The position numbers were made by a program, and so were the translations under genes. The notes below the pieces were generated by a model. The model searched no databases, was not told the DNA's origin, and worked only from the letters and a program-made list of their open reading frames with translations. From Candidatus Anstonellales archaeon (GTDB lineage Archaea > Micrarchaeota > Micrarchaeia > Anstonellales > J096): DNA of 64,000 nt. Below, piece by piece: positions 28,202 through 38,296 of the stretch (positions are counted from its first letter, which is position 1; each line of letters opens with the position of its first letter). The stretch covers positions 20,807-84,806 of the forward strand of contig JAWAFI010000003.1 of NCBI GenBank assembly GCA_038890615.1. Direction: 5' to 3'.

Positions 28202-28560
28202 TATATCACTATCCTTATTCCCTTCCCCTCCTTGTTCGAAGAGTAAAGCTTTTCTATCTCAAGGATCTCTGCACCCTCCTTCATGAGCTTCTTCCTTGCC
28301 ATGTCGCTGAAAGAGTAGGCAGCTATTTTTGCCTTAGGAGCGCTGCCATCCCCCAACACCTTTCCAGGCACGACGATCACTTCACCTTCCTTTGCCACCT
28401 TCGATATCTTGCTAAGGTTAACTGCTACCCTCTGCCTCTTGCTCCTGCCCAAGAAATGGGCAATCCTTTTCCATACTCCTTTCTTGCTCGCACGAAGAGA
28501 TTCTATGAGGTGAGCTAATCTTTTGTCCTCTTTCATAAGCATTACCTCTGACTTGCTCAT
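28201..28560 (-). CDS. rpl18e: 50S ribosomal protein L18e
   Basis: VNLSKI, VVPGKVLGDG, AAYSFS. Confidence 0.95.
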   Translation of the reverse strand: MSKSEVMLMKEDKRLAHLIESLRASKKGVWKRIAHFLGRSKRQRVAVNLSKISKVAKEGEVIVVPGKVLGDGSAPKAKIAAYSFSDMARKKLMKEGAEILEIEKLYSSNKEGKGIRIVI

Positions 28561-28614
28561 TATAAGGATTTTGGGAAATGCTTATAAACCTTCTCCTTTT
28601 GCTTCCTAGCGCTT

Positions 28615-30810
28615 TCAGGCAGGACAGTTGAAATCAGAGTAGCATTGGCTTATTATGTAGCGGTATTTCCTAATCACTTCATAAGCGAAATCATAGCCAT
28701 ACATCTGCTTGTTCCTCTTGGTTGTATAATCTATAAAGTCAGTGTAAGTGCAGGAGGCGTCACTGGGGTTGGGGGTTATTGAAGCATAGCTGCTTATCCA
28801 TGAGCTATCCCAATCGCCATAATACATATGAAGGGCTATGAACATTGCAATAAGGTCTCGCTCATCGCTTTCATAGTCAGTGCCCCTGAATTGGAGAAGC
28901 TTGTCTGCGTTTTCATCTACAAACTTGTATGCAGAGCTTAGGTTTTTAGAAAGTTCTCCGCCAAATGCGCACAAATTATCATAAGGGTCAAATGGGTTGA
29001 AGTTAGGATTGCATCTCTTTGCATTGTAAGGAAGCTCAAGCCCATGAGGGTCGCTGTTGTAATAAGTGAATGGAGCTATCTGCAGCCCTGTCAAGCCAAA
29101 GTTGCAGTAGCGCTGGCCTGATTGGGGCTGAGGCGAAATGGAGCATACGGAGGAAGGGTCTGATATGTAAGGAGGGTAAGGAGGAGGAGCAGGGCCAGGG
29201 TTGCAGAATGGGTCTGAAGAAGTAGCATAATAATAAGCGCACTTGTCAATAGTTCCTGCTCCGCCGCTCATTACCCACATTACTGCTCGGGTTATTGCAG
29301 GAGGTATTGAATAAAGGTCCGAGTAGCCATCGCTCACATCTTTATAGGTGTTGCATAAGTCATTATCGCTAGGGTCTGATGCCCCGGGCGCGCTGCCGGG
29401 CGAATAAGGTGTTATGCACCTATCGTATGGATCAGGGAGATCTTCATAGTAAAGGCAACCAGTGCAGGTATACTCAAGGGGATCTGATTTCAGTGGGTCA
29501 AGAGGGTTGTCAATGCTAATTGTTGCAAAAGGAATCTGGTAGTTAGAGCTTACTAGGACGCATTGAGGCAGGGGTCCTACTGGAAAATGGATTATTGGAG
29601 CATATGGGCCTGAATATGCAATTTGGCAGAAGTAAAACCAGTGCCTAAACTCCTGGAGCTGGTCAGCATTCTGCTTTGAGAAATCGAACATTCCGCAGTT
29701 GGCGCAATCAATCGGGCCTCCCCCTGCATTGCTCACCAGCGAATACATAGAGCTCCCTATTATCCCTGATGAGGTTAGCTGCTGAAGCTGGAGGTAATAG
29801 ATTTTTATGAATTGGGTGTTGTAATCCTCAGTCCACCTGCACTGCTTTCCGTTGCCCATAACAAATATGCCCTTGTCCAAAAGTATATAAGCCCACACAA
29901 CCGGCTTGTCAAATGCATATGTAAGGTTCCTTGACCAAACGAACAGCTTTGTTATTGCAACATTTGGGTCACAGGTTGATTCCTTTTTCATCATCTCCTT
30001 GTTGTCAAACCCAACGCCTATGAAATCCACTGCGTCCCTTGTGGCCTTGTCAGAAAGGACTGAATGGGCAAATTCAGTCTCGCCATATTTAACGCCGAAC
30101 CCGATAAGGCAGTTCGGGCATTCCTGCTTCATTGCCTGAAGCTGCGCCCTTATAATTGAAGTGTCATCCCTAGAAGCGTCTTTTTTAGCAGAGAAATCAC
30201 TAACTATAAGAACAGGCCCCAAATCCTTGAACTGCGCAGCAAATTTGCCCCCTTCGTTTGGATCAGGGGATGTCCCTGTTGAATACAACAAGTAAAGAGG
30301 CATCACATTTTTTTCCAAGTAGCACTTAGGAATGCTCTTTGAAACGATAGGGTAGGAAAACTGTTGCCTTGTAACCCACTGGGTTGCCAATGAAAGGGAG
30401 TTGTTGCAGAACTTATTAGCATACCTGAAAGTGCCCATTGATGGGCCTTGCCCAACTAGTGCCCTCTGCACAAATGTATGGGTTGAAGTGGTTGTTATAG
30501 AAATGTTATGAATTTCATCCCGAGAGCAATTTGTGTCAAAGCTGCACTCGCCTTCATAAAGCGAAGGCACTGAAGAAAGCCAAGGGGTCTTCTGCTTGCA
30601 GACCATGCAGGAGCAGTCGTTTGTAGTGTCAACAAGAGCAGCCTGCTGCTGAGCCATTTTTGCAAGGTCAGTTTCTACTAAGGGCTTGTTGAGAGTGGCG
30701 CTGCTTAGCGCATTCATGTCATTTTTCAACTCTGCGCATCCAGAAAGGAAAATCAATAGGGCAATCAGGAAAGCAGGCCTAAGCTGATGAATGGAATGTT
30801 GAATGCCCAT
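28615..30810 (-). CDS. Cys-rich secreted/lipoprotein with glycoside-hydrolase-like middle region and C-terminal lysozyme/SLT-like domain
   Basis: Lipobox-like LSGC; SLT-like motifs IPPAITRAVMWVMS, GLTGLQI, PFDPYDNL, ALHMYYG. Confidence 0.7.
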   Translation of the reverse strand: MGIQHSIHQLRPAFLIALLIFLSGCAELKNDMNALSSATLNKPLVETDLAKMAQQQAALVDTTNDCSCMVCKQKTPWLSSVPSLYEGECSFDTNCSRDEIHNISITTTSTHTFVQRALVGQGPSMGTFRYANKFCNNSLSLATQWVTRQQFSYPIVSKSIPKCYLEKNVMPLYLLYSTGTSPDPNEGGKFAAQFKDLGPVLIVSDFSAKKDASRDDTSIIRAQLQAMKQECPNCLIGFGVKYGETEFAHSVLSDKATRDAVDFIGVGFDNKEMMKKESTCDPNVAITKLFVWSRNLTYAFDKPVVWAYILLDKGIFVMGNGKQCRWTEDYNTQFIKIYYLQLQQLTSSGIIGSSMYSLVSNAGGGPIDCANCGMFDFSKQNADQLQEFRHWFYFCQIAYSGPYAPIIHFPVGPLPQCVLVSSNYQIPFATISIDNPLDPLKSDPLEYTCTGCLYYEDLPDPYDRCITPYSPGSAPGASDPSDNDLCNTYKDVSDGYSDLYSIPPAITRAVMWVMSGGAGTIDKCAYYYATSSDPFCNPGPAPPPYPPYISDPSSVCSISPQPQSGQRYCNFGLTGLQIAPFTYYNSDPHGLELPYNAKRCNPNFNPFDPYDNLCAFGGELSKNLSSAYKFVDENADKLLQFRGTDYESDERDLIAMFIALHMYYGDWDSSWISSYASITPNPSDASCTYTDFIDYTTKRNKQMYGYDFAYEVIRKYRYIISQCYSDFNCPA

Positions 30811-33800
30811 GTAGGCACCTCCCTTGCACTAGCCTTATTCCGCACCTTGGGCAGAATGCGTGCCGAACTTCATCTTTCAATGATTCCCTATACTCATCCT
30901 TGGCTGACTCCCAAAATGCCTTTCCAGACCTAATCCCAGCATAGATTCCTGCAACAGAAGCCCCTGCAGGCAGGGCTGCAAATAGCATAGGCGCAAAGCC
31001 AAGGCCAATGGAATGCTTCCAGCTTTCCTTCTTCCTCTCTTCCTTGCTCAGGTTCCAAAGCGCTCCTCCAGTAATTATCCTGTTCATGTATCCTTCAGTT
31101 ACTGAGTAGTACGAAAGCTCATACCTGTTCTTGATTAGGAGTTCAGGGGTTGGTATCTCCCTTCTATAGATTGGGGCATTTGCCTCGTGCATAAGCTCCC
31201 TGCTCATTGGCAAAAGCACCTTCTGCCCTTCTCTACTCATCTCTTGCGGGGAGGAAGCGCCATAAAGCCGCAGAGCCCATAAGTGCATCTGGGGGTTTAA
31301 TCTATACTGCCCCAATGAGTCAAAATAGCTGTGGCCTGGGTTTGCCATTGCCTGCCATATGTTATAAACTGCAGGGTTGTAAAATGGAGTAACAAACTGA
31401 TGGGGCCTTGGCGCACCATATATGACTTCCTCGCCGCCATAACCCCACTTCTTGAACCTGCTGCCTCCTTCCCCTGAGCCGCTTGAAGGTTCTTTTGCCT
31501 CGCCTGCAAACCAATAAGCTACGCGATTTGAGAGGTTCCAGATATCCATGCTTGGGCCTGTCATCCAAGTTGAAGGGGTGAAGAGCGTTTCAATCAATGT
31601 CCTAAACCTCCCAAGATAGCGCATTCCAGTGTATGGGAACGGCTGCATAGTATCTGGCTCTATTACCCTACCCTGTTCATCAACCAAATAGCCAAGGCTC
31701 TTTGGGGAAGGATAGCCGCCTCCTATGTAGCTCATTAGCCTTGAAGCCATTATGAATGGCTTTGCAACAAACTGTGCAAACTTGCTTATCCTCCCCAGCA
31801 TTGGGCCGCTGTACCTCCACTCAATATCATCTTGGAAGGTTTTCCAGTGCATTTCTGATGGATACGGAAGCGCCGGCCCTACCTGGAAGTATCCGTGTGT
31901 TATCCTTTCTTCGCCTTCCATTGAAGGAACATGAAGCCTGGGGTCCCTGGTAATTGCATAATCCCAGCCACCTTCAAATTTCATGTATCTGTCCAAGATA
32001 GCACTGTATATGCCAGCAAGTTTCTTCTCCTTCAAGTAATCTGCATTCCTATGCATCTCCTCAAACATCTTAGCAGAGGCCTTCCTTCCCTCATAAAGGA
32101 GCAGGGAGCTGCCTACTAGAAGATCAGTAATTTGCTCAGCCCTGGGCGCAGAAATGTAGAGAGGCCTAGCCAGCACTTCATCAAGCAGCCCAAAACCTAT
32201 CTGCTTGAGCTTTCCCTTTATCCCTTCCCAGCCTCCCATTTCCGCCTGATCCTGAGCCATTTTCTTTACAGTTACTATCTTGTAGTCATCTGGCCCTAGG
32301 ACATCAAGAAGGCCAATATGGTGGCCACTATGCTGAAGCTTGAAGGAAAGAAGGGCTACATCGTATGCAGAAAGCTTTCCGCTTTGAAGCAGCAGCCTGA
32401 TTGATTCCTTGAACTCTTCCTTTTGGATAGTCATAAGCTTGGCAGCATTGAAAAAGGCTGATTTGTAGTTCCCAAAAATAGATGGGTCTGCAGCAGCAAG
32501 CTTTTTGGCCAACTCTTCCATCTGAGAAGTTGAAAACATCTTGTAGCTTGGGTCAAGAACTTTGAAGTTGCCTTTTTCGTCCTTAAACATAAGCCTGGCT
32601 CCTGTAATGCCGTCAAAAATAGATACGGACATGCCATTCTCGTATGGGACAAAAGAGTTTCCTCTTGTCATTATCCAAGGAACTGATTGGTCCATTTTCA
32701 AGGGGTTTATCCTTGTGTTAAGAAGGAAGTTGTGGAAGTCATTAATGTTTTTAGCTACATACTCCCTTACAGAAGCATCATCAAGATTTGTCTGCCCTTT
32801 TTCCTTTGCATAATACCTGGCAAGAGCATTGAAAAACTTCAAATCTGCCTTTTCAAAGTCAGTGCGCCAGTTTGCGCCGAAGCTGGTTATGTTGCCCCTT
32901 GCGAAAACAGAAAGCATGTTCTCAAGGAAAAGCTCCCTTGTCATTGCAAGCCGTGCATCAGGAGTGTCAGGACCAGGCTTGTGGGGAGAGTCATATGCCC
33001 TTGAAACTGTCTCTATTGCAGCCACCTTGAGCCTGTCTCCGCCAATCTTCCAATGCCCTCTTAAGTCAAAGGCCCAAAGCTGGTTGTTAGCAGCCTCATA
33101 CTGTATGCCCCTGAAATTGGATTTAAGCACCTCAGAAATGTTTTTGTCCATGCCAATTCTCCCTATCCCTGAAACAATGGACTTGGCTTTTGCCCCAACC
33201 TTTTCGTGCACAGCTCCGCCAATTTGATCAAGGGATGTACCTGTTGCCTCAAATGGCTTTGAGAATATGTTTGTTAGCTGAAGGGCACCTTTCTTAATCA
33301 TCTCGTCTATGTTCCACTGCGGGAAAAGCGCCTGAAGCGCCAAAGCGTAATTTTCGATTGGGTTCGAGCCAACCCTCCTAATAGAGTTCATTAAATCAAT
33401 TATAAAATACTGGATAGAGTTGTTTATATGCCTGCTACCAAGCCCGAAAAGCTCATTGAGCGCCTTAAGCGTTGTCGTGGCAATTGCTGCAAATTCAGCT
33501 TTGTTGCTGTATATCTTGAACTCTTGCTCACTAGCCATTGAAATATGGCCAAGCTGGGCTGCATATTCTTTTAGGAAGAAAAACTGGTAATTTGATTTAG
33601 TTAGCTCCTTTTCCATCATAAAGTGGTAGAAATCATTATAACCTGTAGAAGCAAAAGGAATTGAATCTTTTCGGTAGTAGGAGCTTCTGCTTATAAAATT
33701 ATAGAGGTCCAATGCCTTTATGGATTCAGGTCTATTATCTGCACGGATTCTGTTCAATTCCGTGAAGAAAGTGAACACCTCTTTGTCTACATAGACTCCG

Positions 33801-35815
33801 TTTTGCCTTATTATTCTAAGCATGAGATGAGCCCTTAGCTTTTCCTCCAATGTTAACATGTCAACGCTGTCAATCTTTTCATCCTTGTACTTCTGGTTTG
33901 CATTAAGGTATGCCTCCCTGAAAGCCTCTGCAACCTGCCTCAATATGCGCTGGGTAGTTTCAATATCATCTAAGAGCCCATGGCGCTTAAGGTGTGCATA
34001 AGCTGCAATGAAATAGGCAGGGTCTAAGTATATGTTAAGTTCCCTAAGCTTTGCAACAAGCGCATTAATTTGATCTCTGTCAGGCTTATTTGGGTCAATA
34101 GCTTTAATGAGTTTCAGAAGTTGATCGTAGTGCCTCACTAAGAGGAAAGTAGCGCCTATGGTTCCAGAGCTCAATCCTTTTGCTCCAAGAAGGGTTTCCA
34201 TGTCAACAACAAGGTTTCCGTCTTTGTCTTTTGTAATAAGGTTGCTGACTATTTTGGATAGATCCTTTGACTCTATGCCCAGCCTTTCCTTGAATATCCT
34301 AGCCAAGGCATAAAAGTATACGCTTTGGTAGCCCTCCCTCATCCATTGGTGGTACCTTGCCTCTTGGAGCGAAACCACATCCATAAAGCGCATCATTAAA
34401 GATAGGTTTGCTCCAACTGACTCCTTTGAGCCAGGATAGCTAAGGTAGGCCATTGCCCTTGCCAAGCGCTCCCCTCTTTTGCTTTTAGACAATGCGCGAA
34501 CGAAATCTTTTATTGGGTGTGGCTCTTTTTTATAAGAATCCTCTGCTATTTTAGCCCTTTCATGCTCCACCCTTTTAACAAAATCCCTTGCCCCAAGAAG
34601 CCCCATCACGCCCAAAGTAAGCTGAGGGGCAGAAGCAAGCCTTACCTTTATCATCCTCTTGAACTCCCTTATTAGCCTTGATCCGGACCTTATGGCGTCA
34701 AAATAAACATTTGCTGTAAGTGGTATTCTTCCTGACACTCCTTCCAGAAGATTCCTAAACCTCTTAGTGAATTGGCCCACCCAACTCCTTGATGGTTCTT
34801 GTTCCTTCTGAGCCAGCTTCCTTGCAGGGTCTGCCATCATAACTGCATAATACATGCTAAGCAGAGGGTCAAGGGCATCCTTCTCTTCTTGGAGCAGCTT
34901 TCTGCCCAATTTTTTCTCTATCTCTTTTATCATCTCCTCCAATATCCTGTTCTTGTTCCAGCGTTTTTCAACTGCAGTTTCAAAAACACCCTTTCTCCCT
35001 ACCATGAGGTCTTTAAGCTCTTTTTCAGTAAGTTTGAGGCCAAACATGGCAAGCGCATTTACCATGTAAGCATTTATCTCGCTGCTTATTTTGCCCCAGT
35101 TCATCCTCATCTTCCTTTGATCATAACCCCTTGCGCCCCTTGAGGCAGTATACCTTTTTTTCTTCCTGATCCTTGGGGAAGCTATGTCTAAGTACCTAAG
35201 AGGGTCTATTCCAGAGGCAAACATAGAGGCAAAAAGTATTCCTGTTAAGAAAACAGCTGCAACGCATACAGTTGGGTTGGAAGCCATAATTGCTGAAAGC
35301 GAATTAAGAATGCTTTGAGATATTGCGCCGACTACGCTTGACTCGCCTATTCTCATTGTCCTTTCAGATGAAGAACCCAAAAAATGTGGATCCCCATCAT
35401 AAACTGCTTTTATTATATAAACTCCTGGCTGGAGGTTAAATGAGCATTCTGCTATCCCTCCAGATGATGTTAAAACATCCTGGCAATTCCCCAAAGGATG
35501 GAACTCTGAATCAGTGCCGTCATTATAGTAAAAGCTTATTGGCTGCCCATCAGCGTAGCAGGACTGGGTTATAAGCTGCTGGCACTCAGGGATAGGGTTA
35601 GTGATGCAGCTTGGGTCTATTTCTGCATAAGTGACAGTGTACTGCCCTACAAGGATAGCCCTTGCATAGCCGTTCTGGACCTCAATTATTGAAAGTGAAG
35701 TCCTTACGCACCCTGTACAGGTAAAGTCAATAAGGGAACATTGCTGGGAGGATTGCCCGTGCAAAGCTGAAATAAGGAGAAGTAAAAGGAATGCTGCCCC
35801 CTTATGCTCAGACAT
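30779..35815 (-). CDS. Giant (1678 aa) membrane protein: signal peptide, Ig-like domain, TM, large helical region, C-terminal Zn-ribbon
   Basis: Signal peptide; PGVY.IKAVYDGD..FLGSS Ig-like strand; TM near aa 183-200; terminal CPRC..CLHGH. Confidence 0.85.
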   Translation of the reverse strand: MSEHKGAAFLLLLLISALHGQSSQQCSLIDFTCTGCVRTSLSIIEVQNGYARAILVGQYTVTYAEIDPSCITNPIPECQQLITQSCYADGQPISFYYNDGTDSEFHPLGNCQDVLTSSGGIAECSFNLQPGVYIIKAVYDGDPHFLGSSSERTMRIGESSVVGAISQSILNSLSAIMASNPTVCVAAVFLTGILFASMFASGIDPLRYLDIASPRIRKKKRYTASRGARGYDQRKMRMNWGKISSEINAYMVNALAMFGLKLTEKELKDLMVGRKGVFETAVEKRWNKNRILEEMIKEIEKKLGRKLLQEEKDALDPLLSMYYAVMMADPARKLAQKEQEPSRSWVGQFTKRFRNLLEGVSGRIPLTANVYFDAIRSGSRLIREFKRMIKVRLASAPQLTLGVMGLLGARDFVKRVEHERAKIAEDSYKKEPHPIKDFVRALSKSKRGERLARAMAYLSYPGSKESVGANLSLMMRFMDVVSLQEARYHQWMREGYQSVYFYALARIFKERLGIESKDLSKIVSNLITKDKDGNLVVDMETLLGAKGLSSGTIGATFLLVRHYDQLLKLIKAIDPNKPDRDQINALVAKLRELNIYLDPAYFIAAYAHLKRHGLLDDIETTQRILRQVAEAFREAYLNANQKYKDEKIDSVDMLTLEEKLRAHLMLRIIRQNGVYVDKEVFTFFTELNRIRADNRPESIKALDLYNFISRSSYYRKDSIPFASTGYNDFYHFMMEKELTKSNYQFFFLKEYAAQLGHISMASEQEFKIYSNKAEFAAIATTTLKALNELFGLGSRHINNSIQYFIIDLMNSIRRVGSNPIENYALALQALFPQWNIDEMIKKGALQLTNIFSKPFEATGTSLDQIGGAVHEKVGAKAKSIVSGIGRIGMDKNISEVLKSNFRGIQYEAANNQLWAFDLRGHWKIGGDRLKVAAIETVSRAYDSPHKPGPDTPDARLAMTRELFLENMLSVFARGNITSFGANWRTDFEKADLKFFNALARYYAKEKGQTNLDDASVREYVAKNINDFHNFLLNTRINPLKMDQSVPWIMTRGNSFVPYENGMSVSIFDGITGARLMFKDEKGNFKVLDPSYKMFSTSQMEELAKKLAAADPSIFGNYKSAFFNAAKLMTIQKEEFKESIRLLLQSGKLSAYDVALLSFKLQHSGHHIGLLDVLGPDDYKIVTVKKMAQDQAEMGGWEGIKGKLKQIGFGLLDEVLARPLYISAPRAEQITDLLVGSSLLLYEGRKASAKMFEEMHRNADYLKEKKLAGIYSAILDRYMKFEGGWDYAITRDPRLHVPSMEGEERITHGYFQVGPALPYPSEMHWKTFQDDIEWRYSGPMLGRISKFAQFVAKPFIMASRLMSYIGGGYPSPKSLGYLVDEQGRVIEPDTMQPFPYTGMRYLGRFRTLIETLFTPSTWMTGPSMDIWNLSNRVAYWFAGEAKEPSSGSGEGGSRFKKWGYGGEEVIYGAPRPHQFVTPFYNPAVYNIWQAMANPGHSYFDSLGQYRLNPQMHLWALRLYGASSPQEMSREGQKVLLPMSRELMHEANAPIYRREIPTPELLIKNRYELSYYSVTEGYMNRIITGGALWNLSKEERKKESWKHSIGLGFAPMLFAALPAGASVAGIYAGIRSGKAFWESAKDEYRESLKDEVRHAFCPRCGIRLVQGRCLHGHSTFHSSA

Positions 35816-35868
35816 AAAAATATTTACGCGTTCAGCATTTAAAATACTTTCTAAAAGTGGACCGACGG

Positions 35869-36021
35869 TTATTTCTTTGCCCTTATGTCTTTCTTCCTAA
35901 TCCTAAGGAAGGGGGAATGGCACTTCCTGCACTTCTTCACCCCCCTCTTGTTCCTGGTTTTGCACTTCCTGCATATTACAACTGAAAGGAACAATTTGTC
36001 CCCTTGAGGGAATTTTCCCAT
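35869..36021 (-). CDS. rpl40e: 50S ribosomal protein L40e (below the ORF-track cutoff)
   Basis: MGKFPQGDKLFLSVVICRKCKTRNKRGVKKCRKCHSPFLRIRKKDIRAKK; GAGG SD-like element. Confidence 0.92.
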   Translation of the reverse strand: MGKFPQGDKLFLSVVICRKCKTRNKRGVKKCRKCHSPFLRIRKKDIRAKK

Positions 36022-36076
36022 CTGACCATCCTCTTTTGTTATAAGTTTGGCGCATATTTTTAAAGGTATGCCTTGC

Positions 36077-36328
36077 TTACTGGAGCAGCTCCTTCAACTT
36101 TTCCAGTGTTTTGGCAACCTCTGCTCCTTTATCAGTAAGCTTAACAACCTTTTTCTTCCTTTTCTCAGATTCTATTGTTATAAGCCCTTTTGCAAACATG
36201 AGCTTCAGGATCCTGTTGGCATAAAGGTTGCTTACTTCTGCCTTCCTTGCAATAAGAGAAGGGTACCAAACTACTTCCTGATTTAGGAGAAGAAGCAATA
36301 TCTTGATACGCTTTTCGCGGAGGAACAT
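36077..36328 (-). CDS. Winged helix-turn-helix (MarR-like) protein
   Basis: YPSLIARKA..SNLY..RIL....GLI.....RKK.VKLTDKG.EVA. Confidence 0.85.
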   Translation of the reverse strand: MFLREKRIKILLLLLNQEVVWYPSLIARKAEVSNLYANRILKLMFAKGLITIESEKRKKKVVKLTDKGAEVAKTLEKLKELLQ

Positions 36329-36479
36329 AGTTAAATAAGAAAGGCAAAGATTAAAAAAGAAATTGAAGAGCAAGTTTAGTTGCATTGGCAGAAAATCTTA
36401 AATCATGCAGCAAGGAAAGGTTTTGGGCTCACCAACTTATTTGCTTCAAAGTTAAAATTAAAAAAGGCAAGCATAAAAC

Positions 36480-37391
36480 ATGGAAGAGGAAGAGGCATAC
36501 CCTTATATAGAACATTCAGACGAAAACATTAGGAAAGCAGCCCTGTTTTTCCTTTACGGGAAGGAGATACCTAAAGAGATAAGAAATAGGTACAAAATGT
36601 CATATGAAAGAACATTCAGAAGCAAAAAAAGCCAAAAAGGGTTTGCGAACCTTATAAAAGAGGGGCGTTTTGAAGAAGCAATTGAGATATCAACACCAAA
36701 AGAAAGGGAGGTTATAGCACGAAGAATGGCCGAAGTTAAAGAAGGAATATGGAGAATATCCGGAGCATTGGAAGACGCAAGGAAAAAAGGCAATTTCGAG
36801 CTCTTTGAAAGAGCAATAAAGATCTTAGGAGAGCCAAAAAACCTTGAGCTCCTGGACAAAAAAAGCAGGGAAGAAATCAGGGCAAGCTCAATAGAATTCA
36901 TAAGGCAGAAAATCAGCAAAGACATAACAGTAAAAAAGTGGCTAAAAGAGAGGATTGAAGAGCTAAGGAAGTCAAAATTCAAAAAGGAGCTTCTAGAAGA
37001 CATAGAGCTGGTTCTGGAGAATATGGAGCATGTTGCTGCTGAATTCAGCAAAGAGCTCAGCAAGGCAAGGGAAGAGATCCTTAGGGAAAATATGAAAAGG
37101 ATTAATGAGCACGATGGGGCAGAAGACAAGGAGCTAGAGAAGCTTATAGCAGAAAGCCCTGCCAAAAAGCTGCTTAAATTAAAGCTTATAACTGATTGGA
37201 AAGAAGTTGATGAGGGAAATTTAGATATAGAGCTTTCATGGGTGCAGAAATACAAGGTAAGGATGGGCATTGCGCACTATATGATTGGAAAAGAAGAGTA
37301 CATTTCGCTTGTACAGTTCAAGAGGAAAACATGGAACGGAAGGGATGGGCAAGTGGAATGGAGGGATTTGTACATGATTAAATGGGAATAA
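36480..37391 (+). CDS. Hypothetical charged helical protein
   Basis: 303-aa ORF with the genome's sense-strand purine bias; no motif recognised. Confidence 0.7.
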   Translation: MEEEEAYPYIEHSDENIRKAALFFLYGKEIPKEIRNRYKMSYERTFRSKKSQKGFANLIKEGRFEEAIEISTPKEREVIARRMAEVKEGIWRISGALEDARKKGNFELFERAIKILGEPKNLELLDKKSREEIRASSIEFIRQKISKDITVKKWLKERIEELRKSKFKKELLEDIELVLENMEHVAAEFSKELSKAREEILRENMKRINEHDGAEDKELEKLIAESPAKKLLKLKLITDWKEVDEGNLDIELSWVQKYKVRMGIAHYMIGKEEYISLVQFKRKTWNGRDGQVEWRDLYMIKWE

Positions 37392-37432
37392 GCAAAGGCA
37401 AGGAATTTAAAGCACTCCGTAGATTCTGAGGT

Positions 37433-38296
37433 GTGGAAGAAAAGGAATTCCGCGAGTGGCTAAGCTCATACACCGATGCAGACAAGTGCATGGAAGCATT
37501 TAAAAATAGAAAAAAATTCTTCAGAGTGAATACAATTAAAATAGGGCTGGAAGAGTTTGAGAAGGTAAGCATGCTTGAAAGGAAGGCTACCAAAGTCAAG
37601 GGTGCCTTTGAATATTTGGGGGAAGGGATAGGAAGGACATTTGACTATTTTTTGGGCTACATACACCCTCAAAGCCTAAGCTCCATAATGGTTTCTGAGG
37701 CGCTTGCGCCAAAAGCAGGCGAGGTAGTGCTCGATGCGGCAGCAGCCCCTGGCTCAAAGCTTACGCACATGGCCGCGCTTATGGAGAACAAAGGTGCAAT
37801 AGTTGGGATAGAGCTGAAAGGCCACAAGCTAGGGCCTCTTTTTGACAACATCTCGCGCTTAGGGGTCATAAACGCGTGCATAATTGTAGGTGATTCAACA
37901 AAATTCAAAAAAAGGATGTTTGGGAAGGCATTGGTAGATGCCCCATGCACTGCGCTTGGAAGCGGTGGCTCTGCATACCTAAGATGGGAGCCACAGCACA
38001 GCAAAAGAATTTCTGTGCTGCAGGAAAAGATGCTACTTAACGCATACGATTGCCTGCTCGATGGAGGGGAACTAGTTTACTCAACCTGCACTTACCCCCC
38101 AGAAGAGAACGAAAAGGTAGTGGCAAGGCTGCTTGAAGAGAGGGAAGGTGCATCGCTTATTGAAGTCCCATTAGAAGGGGATGGTGGAATAAGCGAATAT
38201 GGAAAGGAGATGGGAAAATGCAGGAGGATTTACCCCCAACAAAACAACAGCGAAGGCTTCTTCATTGCAAAGGTGAAAAAGTATGGGGAGGGCTGA
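37433..38296 (+). CDS. RsmB/NOL1/NOP2-family RNA m5C methyltransferase
   Basis: RVNT, VLDAAAAPGSK, DAPC, LVYSTCT..PEENE, GFFIAK. Confidence 0.93.
   Translation: MEEKEFREWLSSYTDADKCMEAFKNRKKFFRVNTIKIGLEEFEKVSMLERKATKVKGAFEYLGEGIGRTFDYFLGYIHPQSLSSIMVSEALAPKAGEVVLDAAAAPGSKLTHMAALMENKGAIVGIELKGHKLGPLFDNISRLGVINACIIVGDSTKFKKRMFGKALVDAPCTALGSGGSAYLRWEPQHSKRISVLQEKMLLNAYDCLLDGGELVYSTCTYPPEENEKVVARLLEEREGASLIEVPLEGDGGISEYGKEMGKCRRIYPQQNNSEGFFIAKVKKYGEG

Noticed and set aside
35920..35973. Direct repeat GCACTTCCTGCA
   Set aside because: Simply the two CRKC zinc knuckles of L40e
36554..37270. Long antisense ORFs (for example 36554-37270, 38594-39352, 44713-45393, 63239-63775)
   Set aside because: Ser/Phe/Leu-rich shadows of purine-rich sense genes, or alternate frames over better-supported genes
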